From contig OZ287072.1 of NCBI GenBank assembly GCA_965645245.1, positions 1,302,001 to 1,366,000 on the forward strand: a stretch of DNA of 64,000 bases. Reading direction: 5' to 3'. A program made the position numbers and the translations under genes. Of the stretch, positions 1-11,329 are shown in pieces. The stretch comes from Massalongia carnosa (taxonomy: Eukaryota). The notes under the pieces were generated by a model. It had not been told where the DNA came from. It was given only the letters and a program-made list of their open reading frames with translations, and did not search any database. Positions within the stretch are counted from its first letter, which is position 1. Each line of letters starts with the position of its first letter.

Positions 1-950
1 GTGAAGCAGGTTCGTCTTCTAAAGGCGTGATCTGTTGATGTGTTGAATCTATTTGGCCTGAGGTTGTGTTAGTATGCTCCCCGTTCGCAAATGATCCCCC
101 AACTCTGCTATCACGCCGATGTCTCGCATCCACCGAGTGCAAGAAGCTCATGACGTTTTGCATTACATGTTCGTGATTGACGACTTGTTTTTGGACGACT
201 ATTAGCTCCTGCATAAGTACCGTATGGCGGACGCTTATCTCCTGGTATTTATCTTGTAACTGTTGCAGTTGTTGTTGCGTGGCTACCAGCTGTGTGTTTA
301 CCAAGTCCATCTGCTGTGTGGGCATTGCATCGTCCACGATTTGGGTAGGTTTTCGAGGCGCTGGAGCTTTGCGACGGATATTATCCAGTGAGTCTTTGTT
401 GTTTGCCTTGAACTCTGGATGTTTGAATTCCCATGCCTAAAGCAATTAGTGTCTGATCCGTCATTCTCGTGGTGACCAAGTCATCAACCTACCCCCGATC
501 CATACGGTGATTGACCGCTCTCTTCATTATTGTGTCGGACTTTGTGGAAATCGTATTTGTTAAGCTGCCGCACGAAACTCGCGAAATTGCTATGCTTGAA
601 ATGTTTAGGAAGAATGGCTTTGGTAAACCGTTCGTTCTGCGCAATGTATCAGGCTTCCGCGGGTTGGTCATGCCACGGCCCGTTGTTTCCTACCTCCAGG
701 ACCACGAAACTATCCCCCTCATCACCCCACCTCACAACCGACGAGTATGTCGGGTCCTCGAGCATTCTAGAACTGCCATCAGCATGACATTCGCCCACGT
801 ATCAAACAGTTACATGGGGGGTCTACTTGTAGAGTTTCCGAACCTGTCCTGCAATGAGTTTTTTAAACCTGGGACGTAACAGAGTTGGCAACTCACAAAA
901 TCACTGGAACTATTCGCGCCCACGGCGCCAACACCCTGGCTACCATCCAT
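1..950 (-). CDS. SKN7: Stress response regulator/HSF-type transcription factor Skn7 (SrrA/Prr1), 5' part; continues beyond window start
   Basis: Not in ORF track. Spliced exons 950-897, 843-827, 766-694, 636-493, 436-1 give [87 protein letters not shown]...[30 protein letters not shown] then a Q-rich coiled coil: HSF DNA-binding domain with Skn7-type flanks. All introns GT-AG. Receiver domain is outside the window. Confidence 0.9.
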
Positions 951-2280
951 CTTATCGTCAAAGTGCATTGGGATGACGGACTATGAGAGGTTGAGAATTG
1001 AAGAGGGTAGCGCACAGAAAGGCAGTCATGGCAGTGTCCTGGCCAAGGGCCAAAGGAGCATTGAATTCCTTACCAGACTCGAAGAGGCAAGATGCGCGGG
1101 GACTGCAACCTCGAAGCCTTGTTCCGTTTTTTCTCTTTTCACAAAGACTTTACCAACTGGACTACTCTGTAGAAAGCTACGGATTACAGAGTACCATCTC
1201 GTTTCAAAGATGTTTATATTTCCACGTCTATGATGCCTTTCGCACGCCTGCTCCGCCGTGCTCAAGAAGTCCCGCTTCCGATACCCGTTCGCAAAGTGGA
1301 CTTGAATGAGCGTGTCACCGCTGATTTGGGTCTATGTTCCCCCCAGTAATCCTGGAGACTAAAGGTTTCGAGGGTTTGGTTCGTAAATCGTAGCTCGTAA
1401 AAGCCGCATACTCTCCATGCCAGATATCCGACCTAACTCAGATGAGAAACATCATTGGCGGAGAATCTAAAGAACAAGCTTGGATCTTGTCCCTGCCCGC
1501 GCCACTCAGGATGATTCCCGAAGCAGCTAACGTTAAGGTATGTAGGAACCTAGGACCAAGTACGGGAGACCAGAAGCTGCCGACGAACTGAACGTGTTTA
1601 ACTTTTTAACCTCCCATGACGAGTAACTTTATCGAAACTGTCAATTGAAAATCAAAACCAAACTGTCACCAAGCAATGATTACTCCTCATGGCCCAGTTG
1701 GCTTCTGTTGCTGCAGCGTTAGTGGGGTCCACTGAGGAAGCATTGCGCATATTGAACAAATGTCCAGAGAAGCGTGCTCCAAGAGATGTGGTCCTTTTTG
1801 GTCGATGGAATGCATGACACTTCTGCGGGTTGCCAGCCTATCGCGTTGTGGAACAAGATCCAGTATCGGTCTAGCTGAGTCCCAAAGAGCACAGCAGCGG
1901 TCGATCAGCGCCTCATCAAGCGCTAACAGCATTGCACATGCGTTAACGTTTGCGCATGCTCCCTGCTCACCACTCACCTCTCGTGCTATGTGTTTCTTCT
2001 TTCTCCGCTGGGAAGAGCGCGTGCCCCGAAGCATGGCATCCGCACGCCTCAATTATCTGACGTGGAGCAGAGGGCATGTTGACAGCACGCATTTGATGCA
2101 TCTCTTACATGCCTCGTGGGCAGAGGAGGAGAGAGGTACATTGTACATTGTACTTGGACCTCGTAACGCTAAGCATGTCGCTTCGCACTAGCTTCACACT
2201 TAGCGCGGTAATATAATTCTAGTCGGTCCTACTCTGTACCTTCAGAAGTCCCGCTAACTAACTAGTTGGGAGTTACCGTT

Positions 2281-2320
2281 ACCATTCACCATTCACCATT
2301 CACCATTCACTATTCACTAC
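2281..2320 (+). repeat. (ACCATTC)n microsatellite upstream of the peroxiredoxin
   Basis: Four exact ACCATTC copies at 2281-2308 followed by degenerate ACTATTC ACTAC. Confidence 0.85.
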
Positions 2321-2460
2321 CTCTCCCCCGAAACAACTAAAGCCCTTCCCCCCGAGCTTCTCCCATCCTATCCCTTTCCATCCCCACCTCTGTCACCACC
2401 CATCTTCATTCTCTCAGCCCGATCTTAAAATAATAGAAGAAGAAAAACTTACTCGGTACA

Positions 2461-3887
2461 ATGTTCCCTGCCCGGAAACTGGCTGGCCTGCTTCCCCGAC
2501 TGCCAGTCGCGTCTCAAGCGTCTTTTCATTCCTCCCGTCCAGCCATGGTAAAGGTTGGTGACCGCATTCCGGATTCAAACGTCCTGGTCGAAAACTCCCC
2601 GGCAAATAAGATTAATCTGGTGCAAGAGCTTGGCAGTAAGGGATTGGTTATCGGTGTTCCTGCAGCGTTTAGTATGTGAGAACTCAGAAAGCTGCAAAGC
2701 TGCAAAGCTCTCGTCTCTCTGGGATTTTCTGCATCATTGGGTGTGGAGCCTATGACGGATCCGAGCACGCACCTTACAAATCATGTCATGTCTCGGCCGT
2801 TCACTTCCAAAAGTTAATTCAACAGCAGATACTTTCCTGCTCATCCATTTCATTTTGAGTCTCAGTCCAATCTTATGGTGGTGGTCCATTGTAATTGCGT
2901 GCTTGGACTAGCGCCAAGGGGCTTCAACTGTGGTACATTCATTTGAGAGCTGCGCACCAATCCCCTTTCTTTTTTAACTGATCAAGTTAAATGATTAATG
3001 AACATTTGGTTTTTCTTGAATCATCAACCATCTTGTCGGGGAGGTAGTTCGTCATTTTCATGTCCAAGGCGTGTGATTTATGAAATCAACTCTAGTTTGC
3101 ATTTAGCCTCGAGTCGTATTCTCAGCGATATCGTCGAACTATTGTCACTGACCGCGCTCCGCTCCAAAAGGTCCGTCATGCTCCGCCACCCACATTCCCG
3201 GATACATCAATAGCCCTTATCTCAAAAATGCTGGCAATGTCTTTGTGGTATCGGTCAACGATCCATTCGTGTGCGTACCCAACCCACTTAAATCTTCGAC
3301 CCGAAGACACCTCATTACTGATCCATAATGCCTCTAGTATGAAAGCTTGGGGATCTTCTCTGGACCCTGATGGGAAAAGCGGCGTAAGTGGACAGCGGAC
3401 TTTCGAACCCCTTGCATCTGCAACCCTCCGTGCCTCCAAGCAATTGAACCTCCCCCCTTTTCCATGACCCAATCTATCGCCCTCCAGTTGCTTGATATCG
3501 CCCACTTCCCCCCATCTGCCAAATTCTCCAACTCAATGACTCCTCCTTTCCGCTTACCCACCCCTAGATCCGCTTCCTCGGCGACCCCACCGCCGAATTC
3601 ACTTCCGCCCTAGACCTCTCCTTTGACGGCTCCGCCATATTCGGCGGCGCACGCGGCAAGCGGTACGCGCTCGTGGTTGAGAACGGTAAAGTCACCGAGG
3701 CGCACGTGGAGCCCGACAACACGGGTGTTAATGGTAAGTCGTGCCTTGATGTTTTTTATCCCAAGTTTCTCGCGAATATGGTTGGAGGCAGGCGGCCTGG
3801 TTCAATACGTCTTAGAGAGGATGATTTGGTTAACTTCTAACGCTTGGATTCGTTTTAGTTTCCACGGCGGAAAAGGTGCTGAGGTAA
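2461..3887 (+). CDS. Prx5-family (Redoxin; Ahp1/Pmp20-like) peroxiredoxin, single Cys, with N-terminal mitochondrial-type presequence
   Basis: Exons 2461-2671, 3171-3270, 3338-3383, 3568-3733, 3859-3887 give ...VKVGDRIPD...GVPAAFS-PSCSATHIPGY...VVSVNDPFV-MKAWG...-IRFLGDPTAEFTSALDL...KRYALVVENGKV...EPDNTGVN-VSTAEKVLR*. Has PxxxSxxC peroxidatic motif and the SVNDxFVMxAW Prx5 signature. Confidence 0.92.
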
Positions 3888-4226
3888 ATAAGAGAGGGTG
3901 GGGAGTGGAGGGAGTGTTCAGGGATTTTGGCGGCATTACTTAGGACGTATAGGCCGAAAAAAAGGTCTGATGTGGCGCGATCCGTGGAAGAGAAAGAACC
4001 GCCGAACATATTCTTAACCACGCAGAGACCTGGACATCGTTCACAGAAGAGATGGCAAGGGTATAGGTTACTTTATTTGTGGCATTCGCTCGGAAGGGGG
4101 AAGGACTTGGTAACCGAACGTCCGTTGCTGGGCAAAATTATCTATGTACTAAAGCGCATTCAACCCTTATCGTGGCCTCAAACCAGAAGTTGTTATTTCG
4201 CAAAACCTCCCCCTTTCACTCCACAA

Positions 4227-5891
4227 TCACCTCAATGGCTTCCCGACCTGTGTGCTCGACTGCAAAATTACAATGCCAAACGGATCTCTGTCGCGCTCGC
4301 TAACCTCCACCAGCACCTCCTCATCGTTGACTGCGTCCTCCCACTCACTGCTCAAATCCTCCCCCTGTGCCACCTCCTCCCGCACCCGCTTCCACTCCCG
4401 CCGCAGCGTCACCATGAGTTTCTCGCGCAGCACGCTATGCAAGAAGCCGCGCTCCGTATTGCTGTGGAAGAGCGTAACGACGCAGCTGCCGCGCTCGGTC
4501 GCGGCCAGCGCGTCGTGGTGTGACAGCTCGCCCGTGAAAAGCAGGTCGGCCTCCACGTCGCGGAGCACGCTGCTGCCGCTGCCGGCGCAGATGGCTACAC
4601 TTCGGATCTCGATGTCCTCCACCTGCCTGGTTTGCGGGATAGCGACAGGGAAGCCTTTTGGGTTTCCGACGCCGCGAGCGATGCGCTCAATGAGGTGAGT
4701 TAAGGGTTGCGGATGGGCGAATTTGATGAGGCGGCCCATGCCGGCGTTTTCGAAACCTGTTGGGGTTCGGAGGGGGTTTAGAGAGTTGCGATCGAAGAGG
4801 AGAGGTTTGGTTAGCAAGGTAGACTAACCTTCTACGCCTGTAACAGGGTGGATCACGCTTCTTGTGTGGCTAGCTGATGAGCTGAATAGTGTGTTAGTAT
4901 CTAAATGCGCAAGGTGGGGCTATATTCAAGGAGCCGTACGGCGCGAGATCAGTTTGCTCCAGCTCGGTAGGCTTGGGATAGGTAGGTTTTGAGTACGTTC
5001 GCTGCAACGCCATGCGACCTGGATGTTGTTTGGGCTTTTTCTGCTTTGGGGTTTTCTCCACGAAAGGGTCATCGTCCGACTCCGCGGATCGGCCGTTGCT
5101 CGAGTCCGTGTCTAAAGAAGCCGTCTCTGGATTCTCTGATTTTGCGGTCTCCGTCTCCGGCTCGGGCTCCGACAACGTGCCGGTGACTATGTCAGCGAGC
5201 CAATCGCCCAGGCCTCCTGGCGTGGCATCCACCGCTGTATGAGGGCTGTAAACCTGGAAGTGTGGGATGAGCAAAACTGCTCAGGGCAATATCGTAGCAA
5301 AGGTTTTCTGTACGCTTATCCCCTCGAGTGCTAGCCGTAGCAGCGATTGCTGCTGTGTATCTGCCAGCGTGAGACATTTTAAGCCTTTAAATATGATGGG
5401 ATCTATAGATTCGCGTAAGCGTTTCTTGGTACTGCCTCCGCGAAAAGGGGGAACTGCTACGATATGCGACCACAACACAATCCTTGCGCTCGATTGCCTC
5501 GTCCGCGACGGCTTTTGTAAGATCAACCGTCAGGAGGACCGAGTTCATCTGTCTCCGGATCGGGTCGAAGGGGGCTTCTAGAAGCACTTTTTAGTTTCAG
5601 CCTGGATCAGCCACCAGTGAGCTAGCATTATGAAGCTTGACTCCAATTAATAGACAAACGGTTTTTCTCACATCCAGTGTTGTCAAAACTCTTATCCGCC
5701 AGAGCTTCGGGATAACTATCGTGAAACAAACTTTTAGCGAAGCGTTCTATGATACCAGATGGATGGTTGTTTTTTGTAAGGTTTGCTAACAGCTTTCGCA
5801 TGGAGCTCACCACCGCCCTTGTGAACGGTGATGCTCGGTCGGTGGTATAGGTACTCATTTTGGCGGCTTGCCTGAAGGCTGTACGGAACAT
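4227..5891 (-). CDS. NIF3: NIF3 (DUF34/YbgI) metal-binding family protein
   Basis: Spliced motifs YPEALADKSFDNTGLLLE, VLLTVDLTKAVADEAI, PIIFKGLK, VYSPHTAVDATPGGLGDWL, GMGRL, VAICAGSGSSVL, TGELSHHDALAA, HSNTERGFL, DRDPF. Several GT-AG introns. Confidence 0.93.
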
Positions 5892-6073
5892 GGGAACATG
5901 GAGAAGGTGACTCCGAGTCTGGTCAATAACATGTCGGGAAAACCTGATCGGCGAAGGCGGACGCTAGCCAAGGTATAACTTTATAATCGATATGGCGTCA
6001 TCGTTTGTTGAGTTGATTGACTACTAGTTGAAAACTATCTCACAATTCTATACTTCCTGCTTCCCCATCTCAG

Positions 6074-6626
6074 ATGCGGCCCCTGTTCAGACTCCAAAGC
6101 TACAACCATGTCAAGTCCTTAAGCCTCCCACACCGTCCACAACACACTACTCGCCACTACTTCGCCAGCATGAGCGCTACCGAAACTAATGTTCAAGCCG
6201 CCCAAGTTGCCAATGCTTCCGGCATTACCCCCGCCTCCCTCAAATCGACTTTAACGGAGAAGCTAGAAGCAGTATACGTCGATGTGGAGGATATTTCAGG
6301 TACGCTTCTCAAGGTTCCTGGGTTGAACCAAAAACAAAGCAAAATCATTACTTGAACCCAAGAGTGGAATCTATGGAGCTTGAAGGGCTCGCTGACGATC
6401 GATTGTGTCTTCTTCTCTGTTTTGAAAAGGCGGTTGCGGCCAGTCCTTCGAAGCAAAAATTGTGTCTCCACTATTTGCGAAAAGGAACACCCTGGCGCGT
6501 CACCGGCTTGTGAACGCAGCCTTGAAGACGGAGATTGCGGCTATTCACGCATGGACCCCTAAGTGCTTTACGCCGGAGGAGTGGGACAGGAAAAGAGCGG
6601 AGGCTGGCGAGGCGGGGGTGCAGTAG
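6074..6626 (+). CDS. BolA-family Fe-S cluster/iron-signalling protein (GGCG type); second in-frame ATG at 6170
   Basis: Exon 1 ends ...EAVYVDVEDISG; intron ~6300-6429; exon 2 GCGQSFEAKIVSPLFAKRNTLARHRLVNAALKTEIAAIHAWTPKCFTPEEW...*. DxSGGCG, RHRLV and IHA motifs of BolA. Confidence 0.92.
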
Positions 6627-7726
6627 AGTGGGTGAGGTTTCCGTTCCACAAACGTTCGTCAAATAGGGGGGTTTTTGGGAAGCCGGGATCTTCGCAGGTA
6701 CGCCACGGCATCTACCCATGCTGCGGGGAGTGTCAACATGGATGGATTGGAGGTAGGTCCTAAAAGCAAGACGGATGAGAAATGTGTACAAATTAAATTG
6801 TTTGGTCAAATTCTGTTTGGTATCCCATATCCAGGGTCGTCCGTCAAGCCATGGCTCGAGCGGACACCACTAGGTTCAAACTTTGTTGTTCCACAGAGTT
6901 TTGAATCTACCTTCTTTGACAAAGTATACCTACGGTCCAAGTTTCGTCGCGCCGGGTTGAGCGATGAATTGAGGATGCAGTCCCGTTCGGAAGAAGATGT
7001 CATCGACTCCAAGTTCCATGAATCAAACTCACATATCAACCATGCAGTGGACGACGTTAGAGCCTCAATGCCGCCAATTCTCTCCCCTTTTCTTATTATT
7101 TTCTTCGTGGGTGTATATCTGTAATTCTCCAGGTCTTATCCAATCCCTTTGTACCCCCAAACCCACCCCCCGTCCCTTCTTGCCAATCTCATCCCGTCCG
7201 CTGATAACGATTATGCTCTTTCGGTTTCTTTTCCCTTTTCTATATCCAGCCACTCCTTTCCAAGCATACTTTTACTTAAAGTTAGAGCATGGGACTCTAG
7301 CATTCAGACCTTCATACCATCGTCATAGATTTTACATATATCCGTCAATAGCGTTGCCGACGCCATCAAAAGCATGTTTGTTCAGAACGCCGCCGGTGGC
7401 TCGTCGAACCTTCTTCTCCCAACCTCCTTTCTCCCCTTTCTTGCATGGAGCCGACAATAACGCTTTCGTCGTTCTTGTCGAATTTCTCTATAAAGATCTA
7501 GGTTGCTCATCATAAGCACCATCCGCTTTGGTTTGGCATAAATATATTCTAATCCTCTCCTCCGATTCCTATATTATACTATACGTATTCAAACCCCCCG
7601 CTTTTGCATAAACCTCCCCGCACCAGTACATCTATTCTCTATACAATTTCTTCTTCCAACGCTCCATCCCCCTATATATACAGACCACGTAAATATATAC
7701 CAGAAAGGAGAGAATCCAAGACCAAA

Positions 7727-8396
7727 ATGCTCTCCACTCACCGTGCCGCTACCTTCTTGCTCGGTGTCCTCCTTCTCGACATCATCGCCCCGGCGGTAGA
7801 CGCAGACGTGCTGTCGCGCCTGCAGTGCTACTGCCGCGAACATAACGTCCACGAAGATGCCAGCTTTCTACAGGTCGTCTTTTACAACCCCACCATCGGC
7901 ACCATCCAGCTGGATCACGAGTGCACCAAGGGCTATTGCGTAGGGATTTCGCAACACCGTAAGTCTTCTCTTTCCCTTTCTTAAACCTTGGCTATTTCTC
8001 CCCCCATTCCCCAAAAACATAGTTCTCCTAACGGATAATCCCTTTAAACTAGCCCTCTTCCACGACTCATTCTGCAACACGGACGCCACGCAGCTCAACA
8101 CCTTCTGCTACCACCAGCATGTCCTCGCCAGCGACAGCTTCTCGTTCAACGGTCAGGACCGCACAATTAATGTGGGCCAGCTACGCAAGGACGACTGCAC
8201 GGCCGTGTGCCATGACCGCTTTGGCCTCCCCGTTGCTGGCGGCTTCTTTGCGCCCGTGAGCCGCCGTGAGGTATTCATCGTCGAGAATATGGACGGCTTT
8301 GTCCGGTCCGAAGGCAAGAATCGGACGGCGCACGCAGGGTTCACGGAGTTTCCGGTGCGAAGGGGCAAAGGGAAGGGGAGGAAGAGGGAGAATTGA
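7727..8396 (+). CDS. Small secreted cysteine-rich protein (~191 aa, 8 Cys), function unknown
   Basis: Signal-peptide-like MLSTHRAATFLLGVLLLDIIAPAVDA; GT-AG intron 7959-8052 joins exon 1 in frame to PLFHDSFCNTDATQLNTFCYHQH...DDCTAVCHDRFGL...RRGKGKGRKREN*. TATA-like CTATATATA at ~7672. Confidence 0.75.
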
Positions 8397-9265
8397 GAGA
8401 TGATGGGGGATTCGCGGGTACGAGTGTTGGGAGCCTTGTAGACAGCAGGTCTTTTTTGACTGGAATTGATTGGACTGGCGTCTTTGGGGCTGTTTTCGGT
8501 GGGATTGGTGTTATTCGTACTGGGCATTCCGACAATTCTTTCGGTGAATAGGAGCTTTTTGATATAGGATGGGCTGGCCTTCAGGTTTGTGTCTCTAGGG
8601 TTAGGTTTTCCCAAACTGGTGTTTTTCGGACTGCCTAAGTTTATAGGGTTCTAGTTTTATTCTTATACTTCTGTTTGCTAGTCTGGTGGCTAGTTTGTGG
8701 AGTGTCGCGGCGTTTGGGTAGACTTATACTTGGAATGAGTGAGCTTGGTGATAGGCGTCGGCTGGATTATCTAGATTGATTGAATGCTTTCCTTTGAGGG
8801 GCTTTTGTACACACTTTTGTCCATCTGGTTTGAAGGTAGTCACCATTGAGCTTTTTGTCTAGTGGGGTGTTTGATTTCCCTTGGACCATATAGCAATTCG
8901 ACCTAAAGGAGCACTCGTTGTAGGAGCGCTAAGTTAAGATATGGATTAGCAATTAGCATTTTTATCAGATAACTTTAATCAACTGAGCTTCTGCTAAGAA
9001 ATGAATTAAATTGAGAATGACAATCCTCCGTTCGCCAGAAATTTTGCTCTTCACGACAACGCACGTCTGGTCTTTGATGATGTGGGTTAAATTGTCTGCA
9101 TCCGTACAAGCGCCAAACGTCTTTAAACCTATGGAAAGCTTGGCTTTTGTCCCGTCTTTTGGTTCACGCGCCCCCGCAGATTCTTTCAACAACTAAAATA
9201 TACATAGGTACCCCATAGGCATCTTGATTCGCAAATCACCCTTTGTTGACGATATCCATTGAGAA

Positions 9266-10391
9266 ATGTCCGATTCATCGCTTTCTAGTACGAGTCCCTC
9301 GCAAGCGACATTAGAACAGGCCTTGCGCCATGCCGTACAGCGAGTCTACAAGCTGGGAAACCTGGAGGAGCTAACGGTCAAGAGGATTCGGACCACTGCA
9401 GAAGAAGATTTAGAGCTAAAGAAGGACTTCTTCAAATCGGATCAGACGTGGAAAGATAAGAGTAAAACCATCATCCAATCTGAAGTTGTACGTGCCGGAA
9501 GATAAGTTTTTCCGCTTCAACCCTTCTGACGACTAATCCGAACTCAAGGAGTTACATACGGAGGCAACATCGGTCGGTGAGCCATTCTTATCACAGAGCT
9601 CGCCCAAAGGCTCAGAAAAACTGCCAAAACCTCCAAACACGAAGAAGCCTACAGCCAAGTCTGCCAAACGTGCGTCTCTCGAGGTCGGATCGAAAAAGAG
9701 GCGGAAGAAAGCAGACACCAAGGAAAGTGTTGACAGCGATTCTAATGGCAGCGCAAACCCTACGCGGCCTATTCCCAAGGCCAGAAAACGCGCATCACCT
9801 ACCGAAAATCCTGCTCCTGAAAAGGACATGGATGAAGAGACAAAGGCTAATGGGGGTCTACGGAACAACTTTAAGCCCAGCGAAACCACTGCTCCAGACT
9901 CCGGAAGCGAGATGTCCGTAGTGATCGATGAAGAGCCCAAGAGGAAGAGGAAGGATCGGAATTCTGGAGCGATCAAAAGTACTTCTAGGAGATTAGGAGG
10001 CTCAAAGGCGGCCAAAGCTATAGGACAGTCGGTAGACCCGGATGCGGAAGAAATCAAGAAACTCCAGGGATGGTTAATCAAATGTGGTATTCGCAAAATG
10101 TGGTATAAAGAGCTTGCGCCGCACGATACGCCCAAATTGAAAATCCGTCACTTGAAGGAAATGTTGAGCGAAGCCGGCATGACTGGGCGATATTCAGCCG
10201 AAAAAGCCACTCAAATACGGGAGGAGCGAGAATTGAAAGCTGACCTAGAGGCTGTTCAAGAGGGGGATAAGCACTGGGGTAAAGCCGAGTCGGAGGAAGA
10301 GGAAGGAACTACCAAGCCTCGGAGAAGATTAGCGCGAGGGCTGAAAGAGCTTGATTTTCTCAATGATGATGATGGCGCGGAAACCGATTAG
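9266..10391 (+). CDS. HIRIP3-like putative histone chaperone/transcriptional regulator (~354 aa)
   Basis: N-terminal LEELTVKRIRTTAEEDLEL..FFK (DEK-C-like), intron 9488-9548, K/S-rich middle, C-terminal EIKKLQGWLIKCGIRKMWYKEL...LKEMLSEAGMTGRYSAEKA..IREERELKADL. Confidence 0.7.
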
Positions 10392-10873
10392 TTTCCGGCC
10401 GTAGCACTCGTTATCTCTCGTAGAATTTCATGCCTTTGCGGAGGGCGTTTAGCGTTCAGCACCGTACTGGCCTTGGACATATTTAAACGGCTGCTATGCT
10501 CCTCCATTCTTCGAAATGAAAGCTTGACTATAGTAAAGAACCAATGTATGCATGTCGTTCTCAAGCTCGATGGATTAGTCTCCGATGCCCGCTTTCCCGC
10601 CACTCATTCGTTGTGCCGCAAGACTGAAGACCGCAACTGATGACATGAATAGAATCAAGTTATAGAACTTTGGCATGAGAGTTATAAGTAACCGATACAG
10701 TCGAAGAAAATCTACGGTGAGAAGACTTACCGCGTTCCTTGAATATGAACTCTCTTCCACCTCCGTTCTGGACTCAACAAACAATCGACGGAGGTTAGGC
10801 AGTGCCTTAAGATAGATTTAGCCAACAAACATTTTCTTGATTGAAATATGCGCCACCTCTTAGACATACCATG

Positions 10874-10907
10874 AAGCTTGGCTATTCAAAAAGCTTGGCT
10901 ATTCAAA
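10874..10907. repeat. 17-bp tandem duplication AAGCTTGGCTATTCAAA x2
   Basis: Directly visible in the intergenic sequence upstream of AP-1 beta. Confidence 0.85.
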
Positions 10908-11329
10908 ACATTCCGCCAGCTGCTTATCAAAGGTTGAGTTCAGACTGTGAAGCGACCTTGGCGATTCGATTCGAACGGACCCCCCGGCCCAGCCACCCGA
11001 TCCGCCCGAATCACTAGATCTCTAGTGGCATAACGAGTAGATATGCAATCAGGCCTAGTCTAGTACTCTCCACAGTACTCTGTAAAACACAAGTTTTGCC
11101 TTTCAACCAATCTGCCGACCTAACCAGAGACATGGACTGTCATTAACACATTGTTGTTTGATCTTTGGGATTGATTCTATTCTTTCTTGCTCTCGGAGTC
11201 TTTTCCAAGGCAACCAGCAGTTGTCCCAAGATTATTGTGATCAATCGGCCTTCCTCCTTCCCTTAGCAGTGTTAGGAATCTTTGCAAGATACGCGGCTTT
11301 GGTCGCAGCCTTGGGGTGTCCGTCAGGGG

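Noticed and set aside
177..879. Plus-strand ORFs 177-440, 511-879, 530-787
   Set aside because: Antisense shadows of the spliced Skn7 gene.
973..2191. ORFs in the Skn7-Prx intergenic region
   Set aside because: Overlapping on both strands with no recognisable motifs; consistent with promoter/UTR sequence.
3927..4698. 198-aa and 148-aa plus-strand ORFs
   Set aside because: Antisense to the GC-rich NIF3 3' exon.
6675..7515. ORFs 6675-7124, 6997-7515 and minus-strand fragments
   Set aside because: No coherent gene model or family signature; a faint relic cannot be excluded but is not supportable.
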